Below, piece by piece: positions 62,161 through 64,000 of a stretch of 64,000 nucleotides of DNA; within the stretch, counting starts at the first letter, position 1; each line of letters starts with the position of its first letter. The notes beneath the pieces were generated by a model. It ran no database searches and was not told the origin of the DNA. It saw only the letters and a program-made list of their open reading frames with translations. The position numbers and the translations under genes are program-made. The DNA comes from a virus (Duplodnaviria; Caudoviricetes): the IMG/VR virus record IMGVR_UViG_3300033068_001495, positions 522 to 64,521 of that record; one strand, written 5' to 3'.

Positions 62161-62994
62161 ATGGTGAAGCACGCGAAGAGCGACGGTCCTTGGCGGCTCG
62201 AATGCATCCTGAAGCGCGGCTCGTTCTGCCGGGCGTGCGGCTCGACGAAGCACTTCGAGATGGACCACATCTGGCCGAAGGGCCAAGGCGGCCCGTCCGT
62301 CGTCGAGAACGGGCTCGCGCTGTGCGGCGCGTGGGGCGACTGCCAAGCGCACGCGCTGAAGACCGCGGGCAGCATCCAGATCCACCGCGAGTGGCTCGAC
62401 GACGATCAGATCGAGTGGCTCGAACAGGTCGGGTGGGTCGCATGGGCCCCCGCCGACGGCGCCGTCACAGGCCGCGGGTGGCGCCACTTCGCACCGATCG
62501 ACCCCGCCACCGGGATCACCCGCCCACCGCGCGAAGGCGAGACGCTGATCCAGGGCCGCAGCATCGACACGATCATGATCGACACAACGACCGCAACAGC
62601 AACACAGGAGGAGCCACCCATGGCACCGGATGATGAAGGAACCGACTTCCCCACGGACGAGGACGGCTTCGCCGACCCCGCCCTCGCCGCCGTCCCCGAC
62701 CCGGACGACGACGATGACGGCACCCTGCCCGAAGACGACCTCGCCGGTGCCGCCGGTGACGCCCTCGACGAGGTCGGGGAGGTCACTCAGGACCACCTCG
62801 AAGGGACCGACTACGCCAAGACGAAGTTCGTCGGCATGGCGTACGAGTCGCCCGAGCGGCCCGGCCTGAAGGACGAGGTCCAGTACGTGATCCGCGGCAC
62901 CTGTGTGGGCCACGAGGAACAGGTCATGGCCGACGGCGACATCCGCCAGGTCGCGAAGATCAAGGTCACGTCCGTCGAGCGGACCTTCGACTGA
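62161..62994 (+). CDS. HNH endonuclease fused in frame to an acidic C-terminal domain (possible internal start at 62620)
   Basis: CRACG....EMDHIWPKGQGG.SVVENGLALC......H; internal GGAGGAG RBS before ATG 62620. Confidence 0.75.
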   Translation: MVKHAKSDGPWRLECILKRGSFCRACGSTKHFEMDHIWPKGQGGPSVVENGLALCGAWGDCQAHALKTAGSIQIHREWLDDDQIEWLEQVGWVAWAPADGAVTGRGWRHFAPIDPATGITRPPREGETLIQGRSIDTIMIDTTTATATQEEPPMAPDDEGTDFPTDEDGFADPALAAVPDPDDDDDGTLPEDDLAGAAGDALDEVGEVTQDHLEGTDYAKTKFVGMAYESPERPGLKDEVQYVIRGTCVGHEEQVMADGDIRQVAKIKVTSVERTFD

Positions 62995-63055
62995 TCGCAC
63001 CGTCCGGCCCTGCTTCCCCCAGGACGGGGCCGGACGCTGTGTTCCACGTGGAACC

Positions 63056-63544
63056 ATGACCACACGACTCACCCTCCGCCACGCCGGGCGCGCGTTCCTC
63101 GACCGCCGCGGCTTCGAGTGCCGCTGGTTCGGCATCTACCTGCACCGCATCGACGCGCCTGACCCGGGCCGCGACCTGCACGACCACCCATGGCCGTTCG
63201 TCAGCATCATCCTGCGCGGTGGCTACGAGGAGAAGTACGCCGACACCCGCGAGGCGCCGTTCCTCGCGCTGGCCGCCGAGCAGAACGAACGCTGCGTCGG
63301 GCCCGACCGTGCGACCTGCCGCCGCGGGTTCCGCACCGGCTGGGCCGTCGGCTCGATCCACCGCATGCCGCTCACGATGTGTCACCGCATCGTGGCGGTC
63401 CACCCCGGCACGATGACGCTCGTGCTGCGTGGCCGCAAGTCCCGGCAGTGGGGCTTCTACCAGCCGATCGGGTGGGTCAGCCATCGCCGCTACGACTACC
63501 AGACCCGCCGACCCGTGGACGTGACCCGTGACCAGCCAGACTGA
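63056..63544 (+). CDS. cupin-fold (RmlC-like) phage protein
   Basis: IYLHRI..PD..RDLHDHPWPFVSIIL.GGYEE...HRI...TLVLRG...RQWGF. Confidence 0.75.
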   Translation: MTTRLTLRHAGRAFLDRRGFECRWFGIYLHRIDAPDPGRDLHDHPWPFVSIILRGGYEEKYADTREAPFLALAAEQNERCVGPDRATCRRGFRTGWAVGSIHRMPLTMCHRIVAVHPGTMTLVLRGRKSRQWGFYQPIGWVSHRRYDYQTRRPVDVTRDQPD

Positions 63545-64000
63545 CGTCGACCTCGACGCCATCCGGAAGAAGTTCCCCGCCAAGTTCTCCCCGTCGATCA
63601 TCGAAGCGATCGCCCGCGAGCTACGCCAGCGGCTGATCCGGGGTACCACGATCCTCGACCAGTACGCCGGGATCGGCGGCGGCGCCGTGCTCGCCGAGAT
63701 GACCGACAACGAGTGGGTCGGGTCGGAGATCGAGCCCGAGTTCGCCGCGTGCCATCCGGCCATCCTGTGCGGCGACTCCCGGCGCATGTCGGAGCGACCC
63801 GAGCTGGCCAAGTACCGCGGGAAGATCGGCGTCGCAGCGACTTCACCGGACTACGGGAACCGGTTCGCTGACCAGTACCTCGGCAGCGACGACGAGAAGT
63901 GTCGGGCCTGCATGGGCCTCTGTGGCGCCACCGACGAGGACGGTGCGGAACTGCGCCAGCTTGGAGAACGCGGCGAACGCCGCGCGGGACATGAGAATGC
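63528..64000 (+). CDS. SAM-dependent DNA amino-methyltransferase (N4-C or N6-A type), 3' truncated
   Basis: Manual translation: FPAKFS, ILDQYAGIG (motif I), GSEIEPEF, GDSR, TSPDYGN (SPPY variant); frame open to the window end. Confidence 0.75.
   Translation, partial: MTSQTDVDLDAIRKKFPAKFSPSIIEAIARELRQRLIRGTTILDQYAGIGGGAVLAEMTDNEWVGSEIEPEFAACHPAILCGDSRRMSERPELAKYRGKIGVAATSPDYGNRFADQYLGSDDEKCRACMGLCGATDEDGAELRQLGERGERRAGHEN

Noticed and set aside
51-63846. Numerous long minus-strand and alternate-frame ORFs in the track (e.g. 32458-34269, 37330-39198, 45837-47291, 54147-55298, 57462-58940)
   Set aside because: They shadow well-supported + strand genes, are rich in Arg/Gly/Pro/Ala as expected from high-GC off-frames, and carry no motifs
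1-64000. tRNA, tmRNA, rRNA, integrase, transposase, DNA polymerase or helicase genes
   Set aside because: No T-loop/cloverleaf signature or catalytic motifs recognised by eye; a tRNAscan-SE/ARAGORN and HMM run is needed to exclude them formally

Overview
A GC-rich (roughly 70% by eye) tailed dsDNA phage of siphovirus type, almost certainly infecting an Actinomycetota host. The window covers most of the genome and nearly all genes lie on the + strand. Order: small accessory and nucleic-acid genes (1-6.7 kb); a DNA-modification module (ParB-like, TET/JBP 2OG-Fe(II) dioxygenase, TET-associated glycosyltransferase; 6.7-10.7 kb); packaging genes; portal, MuF-like protein, scaffold, decoration protein, major capsid, head-tail connectors and a GT4 glycosyltransferase (23-33 kb); tail genes with a -1 frameshifted chaperone and a 1607-aa tape measure (33-47 kb); lysis genes (47-49 kb); a structured non-coding region; early, recombination and replication genes (SSAP, DUF932, J-domain, SSB, PD-(D/E)XK exonuclease, DnaC-like; 49.6-60 kb); a repeat-bounded cassette array (60-62 kb); HNH, cupin and an amino-methyltransferase that runs off the end. 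No integrase, tRNA or CRISPR array was seen. The strongest observations are: (1) the large terminase is split into an ATPase gene and a nuclease gene 6.8 kb apart; (2) a TET + glycosyltransferase base-hypermodification system with no C5-methyltransferase in the window, so thymine (base-J-like) is a candidate substrate; (3) a two-tier regulatory code, with five AACTATTGACA promoters followed by an ACCTGGCTGA 5'-UTR box, and an 11-copy 13-bp operator at leaderless promoters; (4) a roughly 400-nt structured non-coding region that carries the antisense of that UTR box; (5) short repeats at gene and domain boundaries that look like a module-shuffling system. Family assignments come from recalled motifs, not from database searches.
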